From the NCBI GenBank assembly GCA_964016885.1, contig OZ024749.1:20894001-20958000 (forward strand): a DNA stretch of 64,000 bases, in the 5' to 3' direction. The notes under the pieces were generated by a model that saw nothing but the letters and a program-made list of their open reading frames with translations, was not told where the DNA came from and did no database searches. Position numbers and translations under genes: made by a program. Positions 50,441-64,000 of the stretch are shown here, in pieces (position 1 is the first letter of the stretch; every line of letters starts with the position of its first letter). The DNA is from Eledone cirrhosa (lineage: Eukaryota).

Positions 50441-52728
50441 CATCGTTTAACATCCATTTTATACGCTAGCATGGGTTAGACAGGCTTGTCCCATTTAGAA
50501 GGGTTGGGTGACCATGTCTCGCTCATATAGGACTGTTGTGGCTGGTTTTCTACGGCTGGATGCCCTTCCTAGTGCCAACCACATTTACAGAGTGGGCTGG
50601 ATGTTTTGTGGTACCAACGTAACATACCCCCCCCCCCATATATATATATATATTTGTATGTATATACATATATCATCATCACCACTGCCTTACGTCCATT
50701 TTCCATGCTAGCATATATATACACACACACCAAATATTTAGACAAAGTAATTTAAATGCAATCATCCAAATATAGACCAAAAGATGACAATACCTCTAAT
50801 GAAACCCATTGCTTTAGGGGTCGGTAAAAAAGGCCAATACGTTTGATTAGACCCTTCCCTCAGAAATCAATTATTTGGGAAGATTTAGTAAAATAGCCAA
50901 CAGTCATAATATAAAGATACAAACAGCAAAAAAACCTAAGCAAACAATACTTTCATCATTGAATACTTTCTAACAGGTGTATGTAACTGTAATACAATTG
51001 GTACCAGCATTACACAGAATTAACAATGGCTTAAGGACTTTACTGACTGTATTAATAGTAGTGGTGGAGGTAGTAGTAGTAACAATATTATCTAGATATT
51101 GCGACAAAGAACTATTAAATGTCCATTTAAACAATTGGTGTCAGTGTAGGTGAATTAAAGCATTAGTTTAAACCTTTCTGTATACAATAACAATTTCATA
51201 ACATATTTTGGGTTTTTACTAAACATATCTAATCATCATCATTCTTCTTCTTATTATTATCAATAACTTCTTTAGTTACCACATTTTTAATGAAAGCTGA
51301 AACCTATTGTTATAATACTAATGCAAATGAAAGACACTTTTGAAAATCAAACATTTAAAAACCTTTTCACACCAAAATGCCTGAACATGCAATACAAATG
51401 GCTGCTTATTTTTTTTAGAAATGTTTATAGTTATCTAAAAAATTTCCATCATAATTTTATGCAAGTATGCTCCAAATACCAGCTTGATAAGTTATATTAT
51501 GCTAAATACTTTCAGCCATTCATATCATATTTCTAACGAAAGATACACTACCTAATGATTTTCAAATAATGAAGTATTTGAAAGAATTTAGTAAAATAAC
51601 TTGTTCATTAAACTACTATTTCTTATAAATGTTATTTTAGGTAAATATATGAACTTTATCACTTTCCTCATCATACTTCTAAACCTTTTCACTCATCATT
51701 AAACCTTTTTTTTTTTTTTGCTTTTTTGTTTTTTTTACATATGATGATGGAAGGCTTTTAGATAAATATAACTTCAAATTATTTTGAAAATCAAATTTGA
51801 AGGGATTGCTATAACTTTCTCATTTAATGGACCTTACAATACAAATTTATTCTATTACATTACTTTGTATTTTCTCAGTAAACATTGTCTTAAATAATAT
51901 CGAATCTACAAGATTTTTATATTTATTTTGGGGACAATACATTAACATAACTATGAGCAGCCGTTTATGTCTGGTTTAAACAGAAAGGGGTGAGGGAATT
52001 CTGGCCGGATACATGCTAAAATGTTAAAATGTTCATATTTATCCAGAAACCATTAAGTTATGTTCCAAACACAAGCTTCATAATGATATGATAAAATTAA
52101 CTGCATTGAGTAAATCCCTGATTATTTAAAAAAATTATTTGTAAACTACATACAAGCAGTATCCTTTATTAGAAATATAGTAAAGAAGGGGTTAAAAACC
52201 AGGCTGGTGTATTTGTCAAGCACTGGTCACTTATGTGATCAGTGCTAGCTGACAACTTTATTCCCCATAAACATTGTCTATACTATAAAGTAAGCATGTC
52301 AAACTGAGGGCCACACACGACAACTAACTGCGCAGATTACAACTAATTTTAGGAAGATAAAACATGCTCGCGCTGTAAAAACCTTTGTGCGGGTCACAGG
52401 TGTACTTGTAAAAGGCCACATGCTTGACATGTCTGCTATAAAGGACTTTCAATAAACCAGCACTATGTATATGTGTATGTGTGTGAGGCAATGAATTGGC
52501 AGAGTTGTTAAAATGTTGGATAGATTGCTCTGCACTTAAGTTCAAATCCCATTGAGGTCAACTTAGCCACTGATCCATTTGAAGTCGATAAACAAAAGTT
52601 TAAGCCCAGTGCAAGGATTGATTCTTTCACTATCTCTTTCTCTGGAAGAAAACAGCTGTGTTTACACCAGGTTTAAAATGTTCATGACCCTTTGCATGTC
52701 ACTACAGCACCCCTACGACGATCTCTCT

Positions 52729-52798
<70 letters not shown>

Positions 52799-53577
52799 AA
52801 GCCACATTAGAGGAAGACCTGGGAAGAGGTAGTGAGAGCTGATCACAAATCAATGAAGCTCACAAAAGGAATGACGAAAGGAACGTGACTAGTAGAGGGA
52901 TATGTTGAAAAAGGCTTGTCCAACCCATGCAAGAAAGGAAGTGGTTGTAAAATGGTGTCGACAATATATGCATTATTTTTGTCAGTTATAGTATTTTGGA
53001 AATGTGGCAAGGGTACCAAATTTGGTGGATAAATTGGGTGATAATTTCATTAATGAATGGCAGTTATTGATAATTATTCTGTCTGGGCACTTCACACACA
53101 TCCTGCTACCCAAAAGGGAGGGATACACCTACCAAGCCCCTTCCATTTAGCTGTCGTTTTCTACCACTCCATGGGGTCTAACAATGATTTCCAATTTAAA
53201 TACAAGACCAGTATTTGAAGGAAGGGAGTGGAAATGATTTAACCCTTTAGCATTTAAACCGGGCATATCCGACCAGAATTCTACCACCTCCTTTTGTTTA
53301 AACTTGCTGTAACCGGCTGCTCATGCAGACGTTAAGGTATTCTTCCCAAAATAAATATCAAAATCTTGTAGATTCGTGTGAGGTAAAGCCTTTACCATGA
53401 AAATACAATAGTAGATATAGAGTAATGTAAATGCTAATGGGTTAATCAACCCTTGGTACTTTGTTATGTCAACATTGAAAAGATGAAAGGCAAGGTTGTC
53501 CTCAAGATTTCAACTCAAAATGTAAAGAGAAAAGCATTTTGTTCAATGCTCTAAGGATTTTATCAATCCAACATAGC

Positions 53578-53609
<32 letters not shown>

Positions 53610-56580
53610 TGTTTCTACTTTTGGCACAAGGCCAGCAATTATCTCAGTGTATTACTGGTACTTTATCGACCCCGTAAGGTGAAGTTAATCGATAATAATA
53701 ATCATGCTTTCTAATTTAGGCACAAGCCTAGTAAATTTAGGTTACGGTTAAAATCAATTAAATTGAACCCATAACATGACTGGTACCTTATTCTAGACTT
53801 CAGAGTTGACCACAGCCACATTTGAACTCAGATACTGCTAAGCATTTGCCTGACATGCTAATGACTGCCAATCCATTTATGTTAAATATATTTAACTTGT
53901 AGGTAGAATAGAGGAATGTTGAAGCATGTTACCATTATCAACATTATCACCACCATCACCACCACTACTTCCAACACCACAACTACTGCCATCCGCACCA
54001 ATTCTACCATTACCACCGCCTCCACTGCCATTATTCCTACCACCACTGTATTTGACAGCCAATAGAAGCCCCAATTCTTCATACCACTATGTGGACTTCC
54101 ATGTCATTTCCGGCAAATTACGCTCACCTACTTCCATTTGAACTCCTCCCCTCCCTCTGCAACCAAACAATTACCGTAATTACACACAACATTCTCGTTT
54201 ACTCTCTCTCTCTTAACATGACTCTCAGTCAACAACTCTCACTTACCCTCATCTTTCCCTCCACAACTCTCACTCATCCTCAACGACTCAGTCCACGTTA
54301 ACGAGAGGGTGGGAAAGAAAATTAAGTAACAATCGGTTTAGCTATGGAGAAAACTAAAAATAAAGTCTTTTTTTCCCCTTTCCCCCTTAACAGAATTTCT
54401 TCTACTTGAACACTGACCGACCAAACAAGAAGGAAATGATCTCATTAGCTATATATTTAAATCACGCGGGTCTCTGAGGACACACAGATTGCTAGCAGAT
54501 ATTACACAGCCTTTAAATGTCACATCTTTCTATATCATCAAGTTTGGTGAGATGATAAGGATGATGATAATAGTGAGCGAAAAAGAGAAGAAAGATAGCA
54601 AACAGAGGTTAGAATTGAAAGCAAATGAAAATCAATGATTTTGTAATATATTTCCGTAACAGATTTCATTCACAGACAGCTAAGCTATCTTGGGATCACT
54701 ACCATATAAGGAATTCTGCAGTGATGTGCAGGAAATGATGATGATGGAAGAAGAAGAAAGTTCTTTCAAGTTGGTTTGCTTGTCTTGCTCAAGGCCCCTG
54801 TTTACAAGTCAGTCTGACTGATGCCATCTTGAAAAGTCAAGCAGAAGAATAAACACAACTAAAAGGTCACAGATAGTCTCTCCAAGACATTCAGCATACC
54901 TCCTGTTGCCGCTATCACCACCACCACTTTCTGATCTACATACCCCCTCTCACACCTCTATCTTTCCTCAGGGCAATGCCTGTTAGTACTTCTTGCTTCA
55001 ATTTATTCAACTTGGAAATAACAGTACATTTATCACACACCCTAAAGAAAAACAATTTCAGTAATTCTTAAAGAACCACCACCACCACCACCACATCGAT
55101 TCTAACATAGAAAACCAACTAGATAAATTGAGCTCCTTTGTTATATTTCTAATGAAAGACACTTGAAAAATAATGAAAAATTTAGCCATTTCATACTAAA
55201 CTGCCTGAACATGCTCCTGGTTTTATAATACAAATGGTTGCTTATTTTTTAGAAATAGCCCACCATAATTTTATTTTGTTGCTCCAAACACCAGCTTGAT
55301 AAGTTAGTTATGTTAAACTAAATCCATTACCATATTTCTAATGAAAGACATAAAATAATGGTTTCTGATTTAGACACAAGGCCAACAAATTTGGGCAAGG
55401 TATGTTGATTAAATCGACACCGTAAGGGTGAAAGGCAAAGTTAATCTCAGCAGGATTTGAACCCAGAAAGTAAAAGGACATAACTATGCCGTAAAGCATT
55501 GTGTCTGATGCTCCACGGATATAGCCAATCCACAGCCTATTTAGTAACTAATTTCCATGTTATAAATGAATAAAAACAAACAAAGTTATGCTCTAAATAC
55601 AAGTTTGATGGATTAGTTATACTAAATCCTCAGCCCATTTGTTACCCATGTTTCTAATGACAAACACCGCAAATGATTTAGAAAATATTGGTTCCTAATT
55701 TAGGCACAAAGCCAGCAATTTTAAGGGAGGGGAAAGTTGATTAAATCATGACAGGTACTTTATTTTATCGACCCCCATAAGGATGAAAGGCAAAGCTAAC
55801 ATCAGTGGGATTCAAACTCGGAATGTAAAGGGCTGTAACCCATAAAATAATTAAGTTTGCTAGGATTTAGTGACTAATTTCTTTATTATAAATGAACATA
55901 AATATAAACACTAAGTTATGCTCTAAATACCAGCTTGATGGGTTGGTTATATTATACTAAATAAATCTTTAGCCCATTTAGCATATTTCTAATGACAGAC
56001 ACTGCCTATCACTTTCAAATGATTTAGAAAATAATTTGCAATGGTTGAGCAATATATAACTTCATCTTTATAGATGAATATAAGTACAAACACTTTAAAA
56101 TAAACAATCAGGTTTGTATTGTTGAACCAAATGTGGCTTCCGATGTTTGGTACCATATGTGTTAAAACATCTCGCCTTTTAAAACACAAATTTAAAGCCA
56201 AAGTGTTTATAAAACAATTTTTTTTAAAACATGAACAGTCCCACAGGCTAGTCTAACATAAAAAAAATCCTGGTTGCTGATAAGTTTAGAACATCTTGTC
56301 TTTTTTCATTAGACAAACCTTATAATACAAAGCAAAGGTGTTTATATAATATCATATATATCTAAATCTCAGGAACAGTATATATATATATCTATATAAA
56401 TGGTGTGTGTATGTATATATATATATACTATTTGTTGAACTCTCTATAAAACAGATGTTCCGTATCACCACCACCAACAGATGGAGCTGATTACGATGTA
56501 AGGAAAAATTAGGCAGAGAAACAACCATAAGGTAAGCTACCGCCACACTAACAACTTGGGAAGGATTCTACAGAAAATCA

Positions 56581-56594
56581 CGCCACCTGGTGGT
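56581..56594 (-). promoter_or_regulatory. CTCF-like motif
   Basis: ACCACCAGGTGGCG matches the CCASYAGRKGGC core within an AT-rich intron. Confidence 0.4.
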
Positions 56595-57900
56595 AACGGT
56601 GTAAACTACGAAACAGTGTAACAGTAGTAGTTGTAGTAGTATGCTCGGATATATACAAATAAAATTATATACTGCTCAAATGTTTTGATAAATGATACGT
56701 AAGCTTAAGACTTTACTACCTAAAACAGCTAGCATGGTAGGGGGTAGGGTAAATCAAGTTAAACTAACACCTACAGCTCACTACACTCATAAGAGGTGCT
56801 ACTACTACTAGCACCACCACCAGCCAGTTACACTAACACTTAAGTAGTACTACCACAACCACAACAGTTACCCTAACACCTAAGAAGCACTACTACTCCC
56901 ACCACAGTTACCCTAACACCTAAGTACTACTACCATCATCACCACTGTTACACTCAAGCTCACAACACCCCTAAGAGGTACTACATTTAACCCCACACAT
57001 AGTACTGTACTTATTTCATCACTGTGCACTACCATAAAGTTCATCTTAAAAACTTGATAACTTGAAATCCTGTTAGTCTGACGCCCAAACACACAATAGG
57101 GCCTACTGGGGTTCTTTTTATTGATGAATTCCCCTAGGGATGGTTTAACCAAGATGGCTACAATATATGTATCTCAGCTGCCTGGCATACATATTAGAGC
57201 GCCTGCGGAAATCAGACACAGCATCTGCATCTGTCTACCCTTTTCCATCTCCAGGTGTTATTTACTCGTCTTCAACTATTTTATAGTTAACTTTCGTTGT
57301 AGTAGCTTTACAAAAAGCAAACACTTTCAAATTTCATATAATATAGAGGCACTCCGTCGGCTACAACAACGAGTGTTGATCTGATCAACAGAACAGCCTG
57401 CTCGTCAAATTAAGTGGCTGAGCATTCCACAGACACATGCACCCTTAACGTAGTTCTCAGGGAGATTCAGTGTGACAAGACTGGTCCTTCAAATTACAAC
57501 TACAACTCATTTTGCCATTGGAGCAACGCAAAATAAAGTGTCTTACTCAAGGATTACGCGCTGCCAGGAATTGAACTCACCACGACCATATGATTGTAAA
57601 CCGACTACCCTAAACACAAACTACCCAAGACCCAAGTAAATTTTACTGCCTACGATTTTTATTTTTTTTATTGAATATTGTTCACCCTAAGGTGCTTCAA
57701 GATTTTCATTTCTAAATTCATTACAATTTTTGATATTTAAAAAAAAATAAAATATTGATATTTTGAAATAATTATGACAAAAAACATCTACATAATCTGA
57801 ATAAGAACAGTAGTAACCCGGGCAATGCCGTGTAATTCAGCTAGTGTATATATATATATATATATATATCAATGATATTAATAAATGGAAAACTATATTT

Positions 57901-57956
57901 ATTTTATTATATTTCAAGGCTACCAAAAACTCTGGTACGCTCTCATCAGATAAAAT
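57901..57956 (-). ncRNA. Type I hammerhead motif, family B, left arm of a fold-back
   Basis: AUUUUAU CUGAUGA GAGCGUACCAGAGUUUUUGGUAGCCUU GAAA UA U A AUAAAAU. Confidence 0.7.
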
Positions 57957-58064
57957 ACAAATAGTGACATACCCCAGAAACCAGACCTTATTGGTTCAGG
58001 TTCTGTTTGAACCGATAAGGTCTGGTTTCTGGGGTTATGTCACTATTTATAAAACAAATTTTGT

Positions 58065-58124
58065 ATTTTATCTGATGAGAGCGTACCAAAGTTTTTGGTA
58101 CCCTTGAAATATATATAATAAAAT
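58065..58124 (+). ncRNA. Type I hammerhead motif, family B, right arm of a fold-back
   Basis: AUUUUAU CUGAUGA GAGC GUACCAAA guu UUUGGUAC CCUU GAAA UAUAUA U A AUAAAAU. Confidence 0.8.
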
Positions 58125-60934
58125 AAATATGGTTTTATAAATAGAGTTTTCCATTTATTAATATCACTGATATTATACTCCAGGAAAAGACGGTTTACAT
58201 CAAACATTTGCCACATATAAAAACATTAACCACAGAAGACACTAATTAGAATAGAAAAAAAACCTGTTTATCAATCCTGCAATGTATATATTTAACTAAA
58301 CATCCTGTTAATTTAGCAGAAGAAAATATATAAAAACAGGTTTGTTAATTCAAATGAATATAGCATCTTAACTAGTAGACAGTGTTATGACAATGAGTAA
58401 ACTAAAGTAAAGACTTCAATTTTTAATGTGATGTAGTCATAATCAATACTGTTTTACAATTTTTAAGAAGGTTATGCTAATATGGTTTCATGTGGTTTGT
58501 TAATTCAAATATCCATAGTATCTTTACTAGTGGACAGAGTGTGGAAATTTGCACAATTTTTAAGGAGATGCAGTCACAGTACCGTTTCGTACCTTGCAAG
58601 AAAGTCTAGCTAATGTGGTTTCATTAGGAACAGACTGAATATTTGAAGTCAACTGAAGTAAAGAATGTTTTGTTAATTCACATTGCAACCATGTGGTTCC
58701 ACAGCACGCCACTGCCTGGTGGGCCAATGCTTTGCCAGTGAAATTTGAAACTCATTATGTGTGTCGTTTAACGTCTATCTTCCATGCTAGCAGGAGTTAG
58801 ACGGGAATTGTCCCACTTGAGGCAAGATTGATCATGTGACCTCACGCTCGTATGACCAGATAGATAGATAGATACACACACACAATATCCCAAAGCTTAT
58901 TTTCTTTTTTCTAGTATGGCACTTATTTTATCAATATTTCTTATCAAACTGCTATGTCATAGGAAATAAACACAAAAACACACCACACCTCTGAAGTTTC
59001 TGTTTACCAAACTTCACCCAGAAGACATTGGTCAACTGATGGCTATAGTAGAAAAAAACCTAGCCTAAGTGGGATTGAACGTAAAGTGACCCCTATAACA
59101 TAATCACACAGCCAGCCATGCAACTGACTTTTATCAACAACCAGCCATCCTTTTCATCCAAACTTATCCCCATATCTGGATAACCAGCTATCCCATCCAT
59201 CCAGATGTATTCCCATATCTGAGCTGATTATTCATCAGCAAGCTATTGGCCTTAATATCAGTTTCCCCATCACACACAGACACACACACACACACACACA
59301 ATCACTATTGGCCATAATGATATTTTAGTTCCCCACCACCATGCTCTTGCCCTTAATGTAGTAGTAGCACCACCACCACAACTCCATGTTATAACTTGGA
59401 CTTAGTGATTAATCAAGTGACATGCAAGCCAGAATGAAACTAGTGGTAGTGGCGATGGTGGTGATAGTAGCAACAACTGTATGACTGGTGTGGTGGTAGT
59501 AGCGGTGACAACGCTGGTAGATATTAGTGTTATCATCATCATCATCGACAGAAGAGATTAAATGACATTTTTTTAACAATTCAGTTGCCAAGGCAACCAG
59601 CTGTGGGTAATGATCTTGAACACGGAATGAATCACAAAGCAAATGTTTGCTTTGTGCTACATGCAGCCAACTAACCGTTGAACACACTACACACATATGC
59701 ACACCGACACTACACATGCTGACATACTATACACATATAGTTGCAGACAGACATACCACACACACACTACATGCAGACAATCATTACTACACACCACATA
59801 GACACAACAGTCTAGCATTCATTGTAGTTCATTCTTAAAAGAACAAATCTTATTCCAGGTAACTTTAAAAATAAATCCATTACAAATCCAAAACAGGTCA
59901 CACACAACTATTAATTCAAAGTCCTGTACCGCTTGAAACCACATTAGCTAGCGAGGCATTCCTGGAAACTATAAAACACCATGACTACATTGCATTAAAA
60001 CTTTACATTAAAGGCTTTACCTCACAAAATATAGAATCTATGAGATTTTTATATTATTTAGAACAATACCTTAACATCAGTATGAGCAGTCAGATACAGC
60101 CAGTTTGAACAGAAAGAGGTGAGAGAATTCTGGCAGGATATGGCCAGTTTAAATACTAAAGGGTTAAAACTAAGTCTTTACTCATGCAATTTTTTACAGC
60201 AATCTGTCTGATAGCAATAATACTATAAAAATTTGAATTAACATTATAGGATGTTGACCATTAAATACTTATCCCTAGAGATTTGACTGCAGTTGGCAAC
60301 CATCCTTCACTGAACCATTATTCTTCCATAAATGGTGACAGGATAGTTATGGAGTTGGTTCACAGAACATTAGGCTCAAAATCCCAGCCCATTTTTTAAT
60401 TGTTTAGGCAGAAGGGGATACTTTTAAAAATCAATCAATTTATTTTTTAAGTTATGCTCCAAATATCTTAATTATTTTACATCCCGTAATGATTTAGTTG
60501 AAAATAATTTTAATCCAAAATATTGTGTTATTTGAAGGTTATGACAATGCAAGATGGACAGTAAATTTCAAAAAATTAAAAGCAAAATCCAGCCCCTTTT
60601 CTAAAGAGTTTAAGCAGAAGGGAATAATTTTAAAATCAATAATTTTTTGTTATGCTCCAAACACCAGCTTAATTATTAACATCCTGTAATAATTTATAGA
60701 AAATAATTTTAATTTAAATTTAAAATATTGTATGATTTGGAGGCTATGACAATGTGAAATGGACAGTAAATTTTGGAAAATTGAAGGTAGTTTATTTATC
60801 TAACCTTATATTTCAAAATTAAAGTACCTCCTTCAAAAGATTAACTCTATAGATACTATTGTATTTTTGTGGTAAAGGCTGTCTCACAATGTTGAATCTA
60901 TGAGATTTTGATATTTATTTTGAGAACAATACAC

Positions 60935-61313
60935 GGAGGCACATGGCTTAGTGGTTAGAGCATTGGCCTTGCAATTGAAAGGTTGTGAGTTCAATTCTCA
61001 GACCGGGTGATGTGTTGTTTCCTTGAGCAAGACACTTTATTTCACATTGCTCCAGTTTACTCAGCTGTAGAAATGAGATGATAGGAACTGGGGTCCCTAT
61101 CATTCTACTGCAAAGTGGTCATGGAGGTGCCACGGCAAAAAAGCACCCAGCTCACACTGTAAAGTGGACGTGTAGGCGCCCCGGAAAAAAAGCACCCAGC
61201 ACTCACTGTAAATGAGGTTGGTGTTAGGAAGGGCATCCAGCTGTAGAAATCAAGCCAGAATCAGTTCCCGTCCCACCCTTGTAAGCAGGGAAAAGTGGAG
61301 GTAAAATGAAATG
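60935..61313 (+). mobile_element. tRNA-derived SINE, family 1, nested in a TTAA MITE
   Basis: A box TGGCTTAGTGG, B box GAGTTCAATTC, RTE-like 3' tail, apparent AATAC target duplication. Confidence 0.85.
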
Positions 61314-62982
61314 AATACTATAACAGTATGAATGGCCAACTACAGCCGGTTCGAACAGAAAGAGGTGAGAATTCTGGCCGGATACAGTCAGTTTAAATGC
61401 GAAAGGGTTAAAACAAGAAACTGCTTCGGAACTATGCATTTTAGTTATAGGAATTGTCAACTTACTTTTTAATACAAATGTTTATATTATGTTTACAAAT
61501 AGACAGATAGTTGTGAAAAAGTATAGTATGACAGTCATATATAATATATACCCCCATTTTATAGTTTAACACTTTAGCATTTAAACTGGTTGTATCCAGC
61601 CAGAAGTCTCACCTCACTGTTCAAACCAGCTGCTCATACTGATATTATTGTCCTCAAAATAAATATCAAAATATCATAGATTCGATGTTATGCGAGATAA
61701 TTATATGAGGTAAACCCTTTACCACAAAAATATAGTCATATATATAGAGTAATGTAAATGCTAAAGAGTTAATCCGAGGGAGAAGAGAAGTGTCTGAAAC
61801 CAGTTCAGGACCTTTGAGACTGAAGAGAGAGAGAAAAGACTGACAGTTTGCAACAATGGACTCTGCCAAAGGCACCACCACAGTGGCAGTGGATGGTAAT
61901 GCTAGGTTATTGGGCAACAGATTAAATATACCACCCAAGTAGACCATAATGGAATTTGAATTCAAAACGCAAAGCATCTTGCTACAACACTAACTATTCC
62001 TCCACCACCACCCAGAGCTGGTATGCATAATAGATAGTAAGTATATCTTTACAATTACCATTTTCCCTGCTGTGTGAACAAGCCACCTATCCCATTCCAG
62101 CGAAATTTAAGAGGCAATAAGGAAGGACTAAATCCTAATTACCCAACAATTATATCACAAATACAAGGAAACCAGTTACTCAATAACACATGTAATTCTA
62201 TAAGGTTTAAGGAGATTTTTTTTTTTTTTTCAAAACATTCTCGCATGTCCAATATATGGCGACAAATTGTCAAAGCTGTCACCAAAGAGTATTTATTTTC
62301 AGTTAAATCGAAATGATAAAGAGGTTGGGAAGAGAAAAATAAAGAAAAAAACTGCAATCCTAACTATAATTACAAAAATCAACAAGTTTAAATAATTTAA
62401 CCCTCCCCCAACTAAAATGTTATGGTTTAAACCTGCATGGGTTTAGCAAATGACCAACTGTGTAGTTACATCACACAGGTCTTTGAGGGATCCCAACGCT
62501 ATATTATGTTTATTTAAAATATAACTTTACTTTTAAGATAATTAATTTATCAACATGTCTCATTGCAGTGGTCAGCTAAATCAATGAGAATTATCTCAAA
62601 TAACACACTATTACTGTCCTTCTGCACCACATGAAAACACTAGAAAGTGTGAAACAGCTCTACAACTGCAATACATTAAAAATTAAAGCCTTTACGCTAA
62701 TACTACTAATGTTCCCAATTTGTCCACTGATAAATATGCTGTATGAGGTCAACTTTGCCCTTCACCAATTCAAGGTCAATAAAAAGTAAAGTACGAGCCT
62801 AGCACTGGAGTTGACTTCCTCTATATCTGTTACTTCCTTTCTCTGGAAGAAATCTGCTGTATTCAGACCAGGGAGATGGGCTCCACCAGATTTTAAAATG
62901 TCCTAGAAACGCGGTATGTCAATACAACAACCCTATCACTATATCAGAAGTAATGGGACCATGCATTCATGTACATGTATGT

Positions 62983-63368
62983 GAAGGCACATGGCTTAGT
63001 GGTTAGAGCATTGGGCTTGCAATTGAAAGGTTGAGTTCAATTCTCGGACAGGGTGATGTGTTGTTTCCTTGAGCAAGACACTTTATTTCACATTGCTCCA
63101 GTTTACTCAGCTGTAGAAATGAGATGATAGGACTGGGGTCCCTATCATTCCACTGCAAAGTGGTCATGGAGGTGCCATGGCAAAAAAGTACACAGCACTC
63201 ACTGTAAATGAGGTTGGTGTTAGGAAGGGCATCCAGCTATAGAAATCAAGCCAGAATCAGTTCCCATATGAGCAAGACATGGTCAGCCGAATGGCTACTG
63301 CCCACAACGGGACAACCCGTCTAACCCATGCTAGCGTGGAAGAACGGACGTAAAACGGTGATGATGAT
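62983..63368 (+). mobile_element. tRNA-derived SINE, family 1
   Basis: Closely matches 60935-61313; ends in (GAT)n. Confidence 0.85.
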
Positions 63369-64000
63369 ACTGTAAACATTTGAAAATCTCACAAAACCAC
63401 ATTAATCAGACATTCTTGAAAAGTACAAAACACCATGACTGCATCAGGTTATAAAAAAAACCTCCCACATTCTTAGAAAGCACAAAGCTGCATATAACGA
63501 ATGTCTTTAAATACCATACTGCAAATGTTCACAATCTGTCTACTAGTAAAGATACTATAAACATTTGAATTAACAAACCTGCTTCAGATACTTTCTGCCA
63601 TAACATTACAGAATGTTTAACCCTTTCGTATTTACATTATATAAAGGTAGAGGGTCGGACACGATGCTTTGATGCATAGAGTTACGGCCCTTGCCATTCT
63701 GAGTTCAAACCGTGCCGAGGTTAACTTTGCCTTTCATCCTTACGGGGTCGATAAAATAAAGTACCAGTAATGTACTTGGTAATTGTTGGCCTTGTGCCAA
63801 AAGTAGAAACAATTATATATACTATTGTATTTTCACAGTAAACACATAACTATTTCACATAATATTGATATTTATTTTGGGAACAATACCATAACATAAA
63901 TATGAGTGGCCAGTTACGGCTGGTTTGAACAGAAAGAAATAATGAGAGAATTCTGGCCAGATACAGCTGGTTTAAAGGCTTAAAAGCTTAAATCCATCAC

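Noticed and set aside
54236-54260. ATGAGG|gtaagt on the minus strand as PTB exon 1
   Set aside because: Phase 0 from the ATG, whereas the 25-nt microexon needs phase 2; the phase-2 frame has TGA immediately upstream.
56860-56925. CCCTAAC-containing short repeats as telomeric sequence
   Set aside because: Only two ~40-bp units and no (TTAGGG)n array.
60935-61010. tRNA-like sequence
   Set aside because: It is the head of a repeated SINE and runs into the SINE body; not a standalone tRNA gene.

Overview
AT-rich, microsatellite- and SINE-dense animal genomic DNA. The repeat landscape resembles octopus/coleoid cephalopod, which is an inference. The window lies inside one minus-strand gene for polypyrimidine tract-binding protein (PTBP1/hephaestus-like). 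I assembled phase-consistent exons for the N-terminus (DFLSSGTK|RGSEEL), RRM1, RRM2 and the start of the RRM2-RRM3 linker; the ATG exon and RRM3/4 appear to lie outside the window. There is also a probable internal alternative first exon. The introns hold tRNA-derived SINEs, a decayed RTE LINE, and mariner/Tc1/pogo-type and piggyBac-type MITEs. The main unexpected signal is about 13 minimal type I hammerhead ribozyme motifs (CUGANGA...GAAA...UH), plus three half-motifs, in several small-element families. Helix III is a self-complementary palindrome whose sequence varies (ACGU, ACUAGU, ACAUGU, AUAUAUAU, AUGCGCAU). Many copies sit in fold-back inverted duplications next to (TA)n tracts, consistent with Penelope-like or retrozyme-like non-autonomous elements. 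Several candidate splicing-control structures in the PTB pre-mRNA are also described. All coordinates were read by eye; no alignment, folding or database search was run.
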